In this document: positions 50,546 through 62,641 of the stretch, in pieces
Position numbering within the stretch: the stretch's first letter is position 1
How the letters are laid out: the number at the start of each line of letters is the position of its first letter
Program-made: the position numbers and the translations under genes
Notes under the pieces: generated by a model
The model's input: only the letters and a program-made list of their open reading frames with translations
Databases searched by the model: none
Told to the model about the DNA's origin: nothing
Assembly: GCA_038087875.1 (NCBI GenBank)
Contig: JAXLNO010005840.1
Location: 1-64,000 of the forward strand
Direction: 5' to 3'
DNA length: 64,000 nucleotides
Source of the DNA: Malacoraja senta
Taxonomy: Eukaryota

Positions 50546-53500
50546 CAACATGGATGGAAACATTAAATACAAGAGGGCATAGTTTTAAGATGAATGTTTA
50601 AAGGAAATGTGCAGGGCATGTTTTTTCACAGACAGTGACGAGTGCCTGGATGGCACTGTCTGAGGTGCGGTTGAGGCTGCTTGTAAATATATTGTCTTGC
50701 CTTCAGAGGTGTTGGGTCAAAATCTTGCAAACCCCTCCAAAAAGTCTGTAACAGTCAAGTTTCTGCCTCATCTCAGTCCTTGCGATGAATCTCACACCTA
50801 AGCAATAAATTCAGGGTCATCCAGATTGAAAACACTGATGGAAACAAGCCAATTATCATTTGGTGTAACATTAAACTCACAGTTAAATATTAACAGAAAA
50901 TAAATATCAGTACATCAAGAAAGTTGATGTTTCATGCTGACTAGGGTGTGGGAATTAGATGACTCGGGAATGGAATTTAGTTTTGTCTGAATATTTAATG
51001 TACCTAGTAAATACACTTAAGATATCAGCAATCAAGTAATTATTATGTGTTTTCACAATCACCACAATAGATCAGTACAACACAGGAACAGGCCCTTTGG
51101 CCCACAATGTCTGTGTTGAACATGATGCCAAGACCAACTCCTATCTGCCGGCACATAATATACCTCCATTCCCTGCACATCCTACAACAATAAGGGCAAC
51201 ATGGTGATGCAACACTGGAGTTGCTGCCTTATGTGCCACACAGCCGGGTTTGATCTTGACTATGGGTATGTAGGTTAATTGGGTTGGTATAAATGTAAAC
51301 CTGTTCCAAGTATGTGTAGGATAGTGTTAGTGTGCGGGAATTGGTGCGGACCCTGTTTCTGCCCTGTATCTCTAAACTAAACTAAACTAAATGTGCTAAC
51401 CAGTCAGTGGAAAGACAATACATGATTACAATCGAGCCATCCATAGTGTACAGATATATGATAAAGGGAATAACGTCAATAACGTTTGGTGCAAGATAAA
51501 GGCAGTAAAGTCCGATCAAAGATTGTCCAAGGATCTCCAATGCAGGAGACAGTAGTTCAAGACTGCACCCTGGTTGTAGGTAGGATGGTTTCAGTTACCT
51601 GATAACAATTGGGAAGAGACTGTCCCTGAATGTGGAGGTGTGAGTTTTGACAATTGGTTATATGAAGAGTAAAGTTGTTGTTATTCTGTTCAAATGAGCA
51701 TTTGACGGCACTAGGCCTCTACTCGCTGGAGTTTAGAAGGATGAGGGAAACCTCATTGAAACTTACCTGATAGTGAAAGGCCTGGATAGAGTGGATGTTG
51801 AGAGGATGTTTCCACTAGTGTCAGCATCTCACCAGAGGGCAAAGCCTCACAATTAAAGTACACTCCTTTAGGAAGGAGATGAGGAGGAATTTCTTTATTC
51901 AGAGGGTGGTGAATCTGTGGAATTCTGCCACAGAAGGCTGTGGAGGCCGTCAATGGATATTTTTTTATGGCAGAGATAGATAGATTCTTGAATAGAACGG
52001 GTGTCGGGGGTTATGGGGAGAAGGTAGGAAAATGTGGTTTGGAGGATAGGATAGATCAGCCATGATTGATGGGACGAATGGCCTAATTCTGTTCCTATCA
52101 CTTATGATCTTATGAACTTATGATTGAGTAAATAGCTGTCTGTAGTATTAACAATGACAAAACAAGTATATAGGTCAGTGTAGCATGCTAAAGTCTTGGT
52201 AAAACTCATTCAAAAGTATTTTATTAAATGCTCATAATTCAGAAATGACACTGGTGGATATACAATGAAATTCTCAGTCTGTTGCACATAAAACACTTCC
52301 ACAGCTATTACACCACAGCTTTGATAATGAGTATTGTTACCTGTGATCTGTCAGGTCAACAAAACACAGCCCCCATACGTTACCATGTTCCATAAATATT
52401 CACAGGACATGGGACTGGGATGTTGTCTATGTGGAGTTTGCATGTTCTCCCTGTGACCACGTGGGATTTCTCCCGGTGCTCCGGTTTCCTCGCACATCTC
52501 AATGATGTACAGGTTTGTAGGTGAGTTGGCCTTTGTAAAATTGCCCTAGTGTATCGAAAGAGGATGTGAAAGAGGGATAACAGAACTGGTGTGTTGGATG
52601 GTTGGTATCAACTCGATGAGCTGAAGGCTCTGCATCCATGCTGTATCACTCAACTAAACTAAGCAATATTATCTAAGCTGTGGTGTAGAGCGTGGTTCGT
52701 ATTGAAAACAAAGATCCTTGTTGACTGGCCCATCAAATACTTGAAGCACTGAGTGAAGCATTAAATGCAAAGGCAATTACTTCTCCACTACACCATCAGG
52801 TATGTGAACAAGGAATGCAGGTTACAGTATGTGACAAAGAGAAGTGGCAAAATAACTAGGAACGAACTGCAGATGCAGGTTTAACCCGAAGATAGGCTCA
52901 AAAAGCTGGAGTGACTCAGCGGGTCAAACAGCATTTCTGGAGTCTGAACAAGGGTCTCATCCCGAAATGTCACCTATGCCTTGTATCCAGAGATGCTGAC
53001 TGACCCGGTGAGTTTCTCCAACTTTTTGTGTCTATCTCTGGCAAGATATGTATATGATGTTTGAGAGGCTTTTAGATCGACAAACTGATCTGCAGGAAAT
53101 AGAGGGATATGGATCATGTTGCAGTTGGATGGGATCAGTTTAGCATCTCATCATGTTCACCACAGACATTGTGGGCCAAAGGGCCTCTTCCTGAGATGAA
53201 CATTTTTATGTTTTATATAAAATAAGATTAGTAATCAGCTGTAAGCCCCCTTGAACAGACTGCATCATTCAATAACTTTATGTCCAATCTGATTTTGATC
53301 AGTTTACTGCATAATTCCTGCAATTTTTGATTCATTTCTGATCTAAAATTCTCTATATCTCAACCTAGAAAATATTCATTCACCTTGTCTTCACAGCTGG
53401 AATAGAAAGTTCAGGCAAATCATACACCTCCTGGAAAATAAATCTTCTTCGTAACTATTTTAAAGAGGGACCCAACATGGGAGGACTGCCGAGAACAAAG

Positions 53501-53869
53501 ATAACAAAGAGGGTCCCGGGGTTGGGGGGGGGGGCGCGGATAACACAGGTGAACCCAACATGGAGGGGCTGCCGAGAACAAAGAGGGACCATTGGGGACT
53601 GTAATGATTACTTTGTAACTGTGTCGACACCCTATACATGGTGACTTGTGTATGTATACTTTGTGTATGTTATGCAAAGCAAAGAATTTCACTGTGACAT
53701 GTCACATGTGATAATAAAGTATCAATCAATCAAATAGGCGACCTTTTATTCCAAAATGTGGCGCAATGTATGACTTTGGAATCACAGGGTAACTGCAATG
53801 AAGACAGCATTTGAAAAATTAATGGCTGAATGTAAAGTCATCAGTCAGCATTGATACAATAAAGAGCAT

Positions 53870-54344
53870 AGAACAGTACAGCACAAGAACAGGCCCTTTG
53901 ACCCACAATGTTTGTGCCGAACATGATGCCAAGACCAATTGTTATCTGCTTGCACATAATCCATATCCATCCATTCCCTGCATATACATGTGCCTATCTA
54001 AAAGTCTCTTAAATGCCACTATCATATCTGCTTCCACCACCACCTCCAGCAGCACATTCCAGTCACTCGCCACCCTTGGCGTAAAACACTTGTCCTGCAC
54101 ATCTTTTTTTAACTTTGCCACTCATTGTAAAGCAATACCTGCTCTTATTTGATATTTCCTTCCTGGGTAAAAAGTCTGATGGTCTACCCTATCTCTACTC
54201 CTCCCAGTTTGATATATTACTGTCAGGTCTCCCCTCAATCCCCGACATTCCAGAGAAAACAATCCAACTGTCCAGTCTGTCCAACTTCTCCCTGTGGCTA
54301 ATACCCCACTAATCCAGGCATCATTCCGGTAGACCTCCTCTGCA
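53870..54344 (-). mobile_element. CR1 LINE 3' fragment abutting the MHC cytoplasmic coding sequence
   Basis: Minus strand tgcagaggaggtctaccggaatgatgcctggatt (QRRxTxMMPG-like) through to a CR1-type 3' end. Confidence 0.8.
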
Positions 54345-54541
54345 TCCCAAAGGAAGCTGATTGTGCTTCATGGTCCTCTCCTGGTCTCTGCTGTTGTCAG
54401 CTGGTACCTGTTCATTGAAAGGTTTTCTCTTTTTCCTCTTCTTCCAGCAACCAATTCCAAGGATGATCCCCAGGAGAATGAGAGGAACAATTACAGCTCC
54501 AGTCACGATCCTAATCTTCATATCTTCTTTCACTGCCCTCT
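54345..54541 (-). pseudogene. MHC class I-like locus A, transmembrane/cytoplasmic exon
   Basis: Phase-1 acceptor ccaacag|AG joins alpha3 in frame to give ERAVKEDMK-IRIVTGAVIVPLILLGIILGIGCW-KKRKKRKPFNEQVPADNSRDQERTMKHNQLPL: a hydrophobic span followed by a basic stop-transfer. The 3' boundary is uncertain (possible donor CAG|gtacca, or run-on into CR1). Confidence 0.8.
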
Positions 54542-54858
54542 CTGTTGGCATATACAGTGGCTTGCAAAAGTATTCATACCCCTTGAACTTTTCCACATTT
54601 TGTCACGTTACAACCACAAGCGTAAATGTATTTTATTGGGATTTTATGTGATAGACCAACATAAAGTGGCACATAATTGTGAAGTGGAAGGAAAATTATA
54701 CATGGTTTTCAAATTTTTTTACAAATAAAAAACTGAAAAGTGTCGCGTGCGAAAATATTCAGCCCCCTTTACTCTGATACCCCTAAATAAAATCCAGTGC
54801 AACCAATTGCCTTCAGAAGTCACCTTATTAGTAAATAGAGTCCACTTGTGTGTAATCT

Positions 54859-55202
54859 CGGGACGACAGATGGCGCAATGGGCTAAGTGTTCGGCTGGCA
54901 ACCGGAAGGTAGCCGGTTCGAATCCCGCTTGGAGTGCATACTGTCGTTGTGTCCTTGGGCAAGACACTTCACCCACCTTTGCCTGCGTGTGAATGTGTGT
55001 GAGTGATTGGTGGTGGTCGGAGGGGCCGTAGGTGCAGATTAGCAGCCACGCTTCCGTCAGTCTGCCCCAGGGCAGCTGTGGCTACAGAAGTAGCTCACCA
55101 CCACCGAGTGTGACTGAGGAGTGAATGAATAATGCGATGTAAAGCGCCGAGTATTAGAAAGGCGCTATATAAATCCCATCCATTATTATTATTATTATTA
55201 TT
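54859..55202 (+). mobile_element. tRNA-derived CORE/AFC-like SINE with an L2-type tail, nested in the Tc1
   Basis: Pol III-like head (gatggcgcaatgg ... ggttcgaatccc), CORE-like gtccttgggcaagacact, ctgccccagggcagctgtggctac, and tail tgtaaagcgcc...gcgctatataaat-(ATT)n. TSD TAATCT at 54853-54858 and 55202-55207. Confidence 0.85.
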
Positions 55203-55282
55203 AATCTAATCTCAGTATAAATACAGCTGTTCTGTGAAGGCCTCAGAGGTTTGTTAGAGAACATTAGTGAACAAACAACATC

Positions 55283-56292
55283 ATGAAGCCAAAGGAACAC
55301 ACCAGACAGGTCAGGGATAAAGTTGTGGAGAAGTTTAAAACAGGGTTAGGTTATAAATAAATATCCCAAGCTTTGAACATCTCACGGAGCACTGTTCAAT
55401 CCATCATCCGAAAATGGAAAGAGTATGGCACAACTGCAAACCTACCAAGACATGGCCGTCCACCTAAACTGACAGGCCGGGCAAGGAGAGCATTGATCAG
55501 AGAAGCAGCCAAGAGGCCCATGGTAACTCTGCAGGAGCTGCAGAGATCCACAGCTCAGGTGGGAGAATCTGTCCACAGGAAAACTATTAGTCGTGCACTC
55601 CACAAATCGGGCCTTTATGGAAGAGTGGCAAGAAGAAAGCCATTGTTGAAAAAAGCCCATAAGAAGTCCCGTTTGCAGTTTCCCACAAGCCATGTGGGGG
55701 ACACAGCAAACATGTGGAGGAAGGTGCTCTGGTCAGATGAGACCAAAATTGAAGTTTTTGGCCTAAATGCAAAACGCTATGTGTGGCGGAAACCTAACAC
55801 TGCACATCACCCTGAACACACCATCCCCACTGGGAAACATGGTGGTGGCAGCATTATGCTGTGGGGATGCTTTTCTTCAGCAGGGACAGGGAAGCTGGTC
55901 AGAGTTGATGGGGGAAGATGGATGGAGCCAAATACAGGGCAATCTTGGAAGAAAACCTGTTAGAGTCTGCAAAAGACTTGAGACCGGGGCGGAAGTTCAT
56001 CTTCCAGCAGGACAACGACCCTAGAGCTACAATGGAATGGTTTAGATCAAAGCGTATTCATGTGTTAGAATGGCCCAGTCAAAGTCCAGACCTAAATCCA
56101 ATTGAGAATCTCTGGCAAGACTTGAAAATTGCTGTTCACAGATGCTCTCCATCCAATCTGACTGAGCTTGAGCTATTTTGCAAAGAAGAATGGGCAAAAA
56201 TTTCAGTCTCTAGATGTGCAAAGCTGGTAGAGATATACCCCAAAAGACTTGCAGCTGTAATTGCAGCGAAAGGTGGTTCTACAAAGTATTGA
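55283..56292 (+). pseudogene. Tc1 DD34E transposase, disrupted
   Basis: MKPKEHTRQVRDKVVEKF..., TAA at 55358-55360, GRPPKL, WSDETKIE, a frameshift near 55910, FQQDNDP with the following KHTA segment deleted, SPDLNPIENLW, and AKGGSTKY at the end. Confidence 0.93.
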
Positions 56293-57659
56293 CTCAGGGG
56301 GGCTGAATACTTTTGCACGCGACACTTTTCAGTTTTTTATTTGTAACAAAATTTGAAAACCATGTATCATTTTCCTTCCACTTCACAATTATGCACCACT
56401 TTGTGTTGGTCTATCACATAAAATCCCAATAAAATACATTTACGTTTGTGGTTGTAACGTGACAAAATGTGGAAAAGTTCAAGGGGTATGAAAACTTTTG
56501 CAAGCCACTGTGTAGTGCATTTTAAACATTTAGTGATCAATAACAACATTGTAATGATTTTATTATCTAAATTAAAGTAGCACTGTTCATATCTAATTAA
56601 AAAGTAATAACGTTTTAGATTTAAGTATTTATACAGAGGATGGATGTGCTTAAAATGATCAATGAAAAATCATTAAGTTCATATTAGCATTGAGGTATTG
56701 AGATTTTATCTGCAGCATTTAATTAAGAATTTAAAGAATCAAGTACGTCAGAAATATATGACTATTTACAGTGTAGAGGTCAACAAGGCCATTTTCTTAT
56801 GTTGATGATTGTTATTATAGCAAATAAAAGTGAACCCATTTATAGTTGATAAAACTTCAAAGGTTTTAATCTTTGCTGATATTTCAATGATATCTGAGTT
56901 TAATTTTCTCACATACACATGCTCTCTCTTTCTCTCTCTCTCCCCCTCACTGTCTCACACACATGAGCCCACACACACATACACACATAGGCACACACAG
57001 ACATTAACACTACTGTCTATTTGTACTGACCAGCAATCTTAACCATGTCAGCTTGGCCCTGGTGTGAAGATCTTTGCAGAGGTCTTGTCTGGAACAAATA
57101 AGTCAGCTACAGAACAGGTGCTGCTACTTCAGCCTGATAATATGGCACCACTATTGGTCTTTTGTGTAACTAGCTACTATCAGAAAATTAGCTAGATGCC
57201 CAAGGAAGAAGATAAGAGACCTTGTCCAGGATCAGCCTATCTTGCTTCCACTGTTCCTACATTTGGATGGGTGAGTTAAGGGTGACATAAGAATAATTTT
57301 GACCATAAGATATTGGAGCGGAATTATGCCTTTCAAGTCCATTGAGTCTACTCCACCATTCAGTCATAGCAGATCTATTTTTTACCGCTAAATCCCATTC
57401 TCTAGCCTTCTCCCTGTAACCTTTGTCACCCGTACTCATCAAGAACCTATCAATCTCTGCTTGAAAAATATGCAATGACTTGACCCACACAGCTGTTTGT
57501 ATCAATGAATTCCACAGATTCACCACCCTGTGACTAAAGAGATTCCTCCTCATCTCCATATTGAAGGTAGGTATTTTTATTGTGAGGCTGTGCTAGACTC
57601 TCCCATTACTGAAAACTTCCTTTCCCATCAACTAACCAGGCATTTCATTATCTGGTAGG

Positions 57660-59450
57660 CAGGGCCGGATTTACATATAAGATGGACAAGCTTCAGTTTA
57701 GGGCCTGGAGATCTAGGAGGGGCTCGCAGAGCCGGATTTACCACTAGGCTTCATAGGCTGAAGCCTGGGGCCCTGAAATATAGGGGGCCTCCGGCCAAGG
57801 CAGGACACCAGCCGTTCAACTCTGGGCGGGGCGGCCCCCCTCTCTATCTCTATCTCCGTCTGTCACTCTCCGTGTCCGGGTCTCCGTTCTCCGCTCGCTC
57901 CTCATCCGCCGGCACGGCCGGCCGCCTTGCACATGCACACTGCTACGGCCAGCACGTCCTCCCCTGCACATGCGCACAACCACAGCCCGCACGTCATCGG
58001 CCGCCCTGCGCATGCGCACTGCCACGGCAAATGGTCGGCGCTGGGCACTTTCTCCCTCGCTTTGAATTGTGGGAGATTTGGCCGCCATTGCTGCCTCGCC
58101 GCAACCGCTGAAAACTAACACAGAATCACTCCCTGACCCTGGATCAGGAGTATCTCCCTGGAGTAACTCTCGCTTCTGGTTTCCTGATCCTCCATAAATA
58201 TTCTAAAAGGAATTTAAACTGGAGGTGGTAGAGGGCTGAACAATAACAGCCTATTGCATTTTATCTATTTATTTATTGTGTATATATATGGTCTATGGTA
58301 TATAAACACACTGAACTTTTATCTCCTGTTCTGTATTATGTTCACATATTCTGTTGTGCTGCAGCAAGCAAGAATTTCATTGTCCTATCTGGGACACATG
58401 ACAATAAAACTCTCTTGACTCTTGACTTGGACTTAAGCAAAAAAGGGTTCTTGGGGAAAAAAGAGGTACCTTAAATTTAGTTGCGTCTGGTTGGGTAACT
58501 ATGGTAGGGTGAAGACTATTCCATGCTTTAATTGTGCGGGGGAACTCCATGGAGCAGCCAGCAACTCAGGATAGAAGAAATTGGGTGACGTTTCGGGTAG
58601 AAACACTTCTTTAGACTCCCTCTGGTTTTAGTGTCTTTAGCTAAATTTGAAGATACAGCGTGGAAACAGGCCCTTCAGGCCACCGAGTCCACGCCGACTA
58701 TTGATCACCCGTACACTAGTTCTTTCCCACACATTAGCGAAGTAAGTCAAGAGTCAAGAGTTTATTCTCTCACGTCCCAGTTAGAACAATGAAATCCTTA
58801 CTTGCAGCAGCACAACAGAATATGTAAACATAGTACTCTGTAAACAATGTTATAAACGAGAAAACAAAACGGTGTATATTTATAGCTGTGGTGGAGACAA
58901 TCGCTGCTGCTACCCGACCCCCGGAGATTCGGAGGCTACAACCGCGGGTCTGGCGGACGGCAACACCGGAAGCCCGTGGGTCCCCTGGTGGGACACCGCT
59001 TTTCGGGGCATCCGCAGCGGCGACTTCTCCCGCCCGAGTTGCGGGGTTGAAGAGCACCTGGAGGGGGGCTTTACATCACCGCCCCGCGCGGCTTGGAATG
59101 GCCGCCGGACTTTGCGAGCGCGCGCCGGGGCTCTAACACCAAGACGCGGTGCGCGACCCTGCATTAACCGGTGTGGCTTTAATGGCCGCGGGATAATCAC
59201 CATCGCCCGCCGGGGGCTTTGACTTTGACTCTGACATCGGGGGGTGGGGGGGGGGAGTGCAGTGGAGAGATACGTTTTTTTGCCTTCCATCACAGCGCTG
59301 TGATGGATGTATGTGTAAATTGTGTTGTGTCTCGGGTCTTCTTCGTTTTGTAATGTATGGCTGCAGAAACGACATTTCGTTTGGACCTCAACGGGGTCCA
59401 AATGACAAATTTGTCCAAAAGACAAATAAAATTGTATTGTAATTGTATTG

Positions 59451-59482
<32 letters not shown>

Positions 59483-61174
59483 CATAGTATATATACCCAC
59501 ACGCACACACACACAATTTCCCTCCTGGGATTAATAAAGTTCTATCGTATAGTATCGTGTGTGTAGGAAGGAACTGCAGATGCTGGTTTAAACTGAAGAT
59601 AGACACACAAAGCTGGAGTAACTCAACAGGTCAGACAGAATCTCTGGACAAAAGGGAAATATTACGTTTAGGGTTGGTTCTGAAATAGGTTCCTGCACAC
59701 CTTTGGAATGTGGAAGGAAACAAGAGCACCCGAAGAAAACCCATGCGATCAAAGTGAAAAGGAGCAAACTCCAAACAGACAACACCCATATTCAGGATCA
59801 ATTCCAGGTCTCTGGCACTTTTAGGCAGCAACCTTATGGCCAATGTACAGCCCCATTGTCTTGAACTTAATTAAAACGCCAAGTGTAGCATTTCCTGCAG
59901 TTGCAATGGAAAGTGCCAGGAGAGGGGGTGGTTTGGGTGGGAAGGGACAAATTGACCAGGGAGTTATGGAGGGAGCGGTCTCTATGGAAAGCCAACAGGG
60001 GAGGAGATGGGAAGATGTGGCCAGTTGTGGGATCCCATTGGTAGACAAAAAAGCTGTAGAAAATCAGCGGGTGAGGCAGCACCTGTGGAGCGAAGGAATA
60101 GACGATGTTTCGGGTCGAGACCCTTCTTCAGATTGATGTGGGGGGGGGGGAATGACATGAAAAATAAAGGAAGAGACGGAGACAGTAGGCTGTGGGAGAG
60201 CTGGGAATGGGAGGGGAAGGAGGGAGAAACAAGGACTACCTGAAATTAGAGAAGCCTATGTGCATAGCGCTGGGGTGTAAACTACCCAAGCAAATATGAG
60301 GTGCTGCCCCTCCAATATGCGGTGGGCCTCACTCTGGCCATGGAGGAGGCCCAGGACAGAAAGGTCAGATTCGGAATGGGAGGGGGAGTTGAAGTGCTGA
60401 GCCACCGGGAGATCAGGTTGGTTATTGCGAACTGAGTGGAGGTGTTGTGCGAAGCAATCGCCAAGCCTGCACTTGGTCTCACCGAGGTTGATCATACGCT
60501 GAATAATCCAACCACATTTTTTTTTGGAAGTGGAAAGAAATAATAGAAATTGCATTCATTGCAACGTGTAAAAAGAGTTAAGATACAGTATTATAATTGT
60601 GCTGCATGTCATTGTGGTATATATCATGTCCTGATTGGTGAATATGTTTAGTTTGTGGCTTTATTTGAAGCAGAAATAATATGTGAATGCTTCATTGAGC
60701 ATAATTCTGACTGGTCGTCCGAGCACATTATCGCACGTGTCATGCAAGCCATCTTAAATAACCACCTAAACTGTCATTTGGCAACTTAAAAAGCTACCAA
60801 GGTTGCCCGGCTGACAACAGAGAAAAAAAATTAAGTGAGAGCCCTGCAAGGTGTATAATATTTTTGACACTGTCATAGGCCTTTCTTACATATGCTGTCA
60901 CAACGCACTGTAGTCTCTAAACAACACTTCAGTAATTTTCCTTGCCCTCCATTTCAGAATAATAGTGTTTTAAGCCAATAACTCGACACTAGCAGTGGCA
61001 ATAAATAAATAAATAAAGCCCAGCTTTCCAGCCCCTTATCTCATTGGCCACGCTCGGCTGCAAATCGGTGTCAATCTGGTGGACCATCTTCCTCTGGTCG
61101 TGGGGGTGGGGGATTGGGGGGGGGCCTCACAAGTGGAACAGCTTAGGGCCTCTCTTCATCTAAATCCGGCCCTG
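57660..61174. mobile_element. Non-autonomous hAT DNA transposon (3.5 kb)
   Basis: 14-bp TIR CAGGGCCGGATTTA...TAAATCCGGCCCTG and a perfect 8-bp TSD CTGGTAGG (57652-57659, 61175-61182). It splits a CR1 fragment. No transposase ORF was recognised. Confidence 0.92.
59560..60490 (-). mobile_element. Penelope-like element fragment nested in the hAT
   Basis: GETKCRLGDCFAQHL, LPVAQHFNSPSHSESDLSVLGLL. Confidence 0.85.
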
Positions 61175-62368
61175 CTGGTAGGTTTCAATGAGATTCCCAC
61201 CTCATCCTTCTAAATCCCATGAGCACAGGCACAGAGACTTCAAACACTCCTCATACGTTAAATCAATCATCCCCAGGACATACATCCTCTCGACCCTCTC
61301 CAAAGCCAGCACATCCTTTCTAATATGGAGCCCAAAACTGCTCACAATATTCCAAATGTGTCTTCACCAGTGCCCGATAAATCCTCAGCATTATATTATT
61401 GTTTTTATATTCTACGCCCCCCGAAATGAATGCTGGCATTGCATTTGCCTTACTTACCACTGACTCAATCTGCAAATGAACTATTTGGGAATCCTGCACT
61501 AGTACTCCCACTTTGTAGCTCAGGTTTCTCAATTCTCTCCCCATTTAGAAAATAGTCTATGTCTTTATTCCGACTGCCAAAATGTAAAACCAGACACTTG
61601 CTACACTGTATTCCATTTGGCTCTGCTTTGCCCACTCGGTGGAACTGCTGCCTTACAGCGCCAGAGACCCGGTTCAATTCTGACTACGGGTCCCGTCTGT
61701 ACAGAGTTTTGTACCTTCTCCCCGGGACTTGCGTGGGTTTTGCCTGGATCTCCGGTTTCCTCACTCAGTCCAAAGACATACAGGTTTGTAGGTTAATTGG
61801 CTTGGTATAATTGTAAATTGTCCCCTAATTAGTAAGATAATGTAAGTGTGCAGGGATCGCTGGTTGACGCAGACTCGGTGGGCTGAAGGGCCGGTTTCTG
61901 CGCTGTATCTCTTAAACTAAAACCACATTCCATTGACTATCAATAATTATGAGCAATTAGATAACCACAAATTAATAATGGGTGGCACAGTGGCGTAGCG
62001 GTAGAGCTGCTGCCTTACTGCACCAGAGACCTGGGTTTGATCCTGACTACAGGTGCTGTCTGCAAGGACATTGTATGTTCTCCCTGTGACTGCGTGGGTT
62101 TCCTCCCACACTACAAAGACATACAGGTTTGTAGGTTACTTGGCTTAGGTAAAATTGTAAATTGTCCGTACTGTGTAGGTTAGTGTAAATGTATGGGTTG
62201 ATCACTATTCAGCGAGGACTCAGTGAGCTGAGGGGCCTGTATCTGCAGCATATCTCTAAAGCCTAAAGTCTAAATCCACAGCTTAGTTAAGAGTGTGAGT
62301 TGAGACTGTTATCTCAGTCCAGGAGATTTATGGTCTCAAGTGATCAGCCTCATTGACTTGCCACTTAC

Positions 62369-62641
62369 CCTGTGGAACATTGACTCCCTGCAGCAGAGTT
62401 GCATGTTCGATGTAACAGGAGAATTTTGCCACATCTTCTCTATTCAGTTGAATTGTATTCTTCAGCTGGTAAGTCCCATCCCAATTGGGCAACAGATCAC
62501 TGGATTCAGACTCATGGACCCCCTCACCATCTCTCAGCCACGTTACATCGATGGCCCGTGGCTAGAAGCCTGTGACAAGGCAGGAGAGTCTCAGTGATTG
62601 CGACCCATCACGTTTAATCCCAATAAACACCTCAGGGGTTT
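62369..62641 (-). pseudogene. MHC class I-like locus A, alpha3 (Ig C1) exon with nonsense codon
   Basis: Acceptor cttgcag|AA, then TPEVFIGIKRDGSQSLRLSCLVTGF*PRAIDVTWLRDGEGVHESESSDLLPNWDGTYQLKNTIQLNREDVAKFSCYIEHATLLQGVNVPQ, then G|gtaagt. 273 nt, phase 1/1. TAG at 62562-62564 replaces the Tyr of GFYP. Confidence 0.95.

Larger units (their letters stand above)
54555..56510 (+). mobile_element. Tc1/mariner DNA transposon, Passport-like (IR/DR type)
   Basis: ~210-bp TIRs starting CAGTGGCTTGCAAAAGTATTCA with an inner direct repeat. TA on the left flank, TG on the right (mutated TSD). Contains a transposase relic. Confidence 0.95.
57250..61620 (-). mobile_element. CR1 fragment split by the hAT insertion (57250-57659 and 61175-61620)
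   Basis: IYRALVKTHLEYCEQFWAPY on the right side and RRNLFSHRVVNLWNSL on the left side are collinear across the hAT. Confidence 0.8.

Noticed and set aside
54866-54935. tRNA gene
   Set aside because: It is the tRNA-derived head of a SINE, with no complete cloverleaf.
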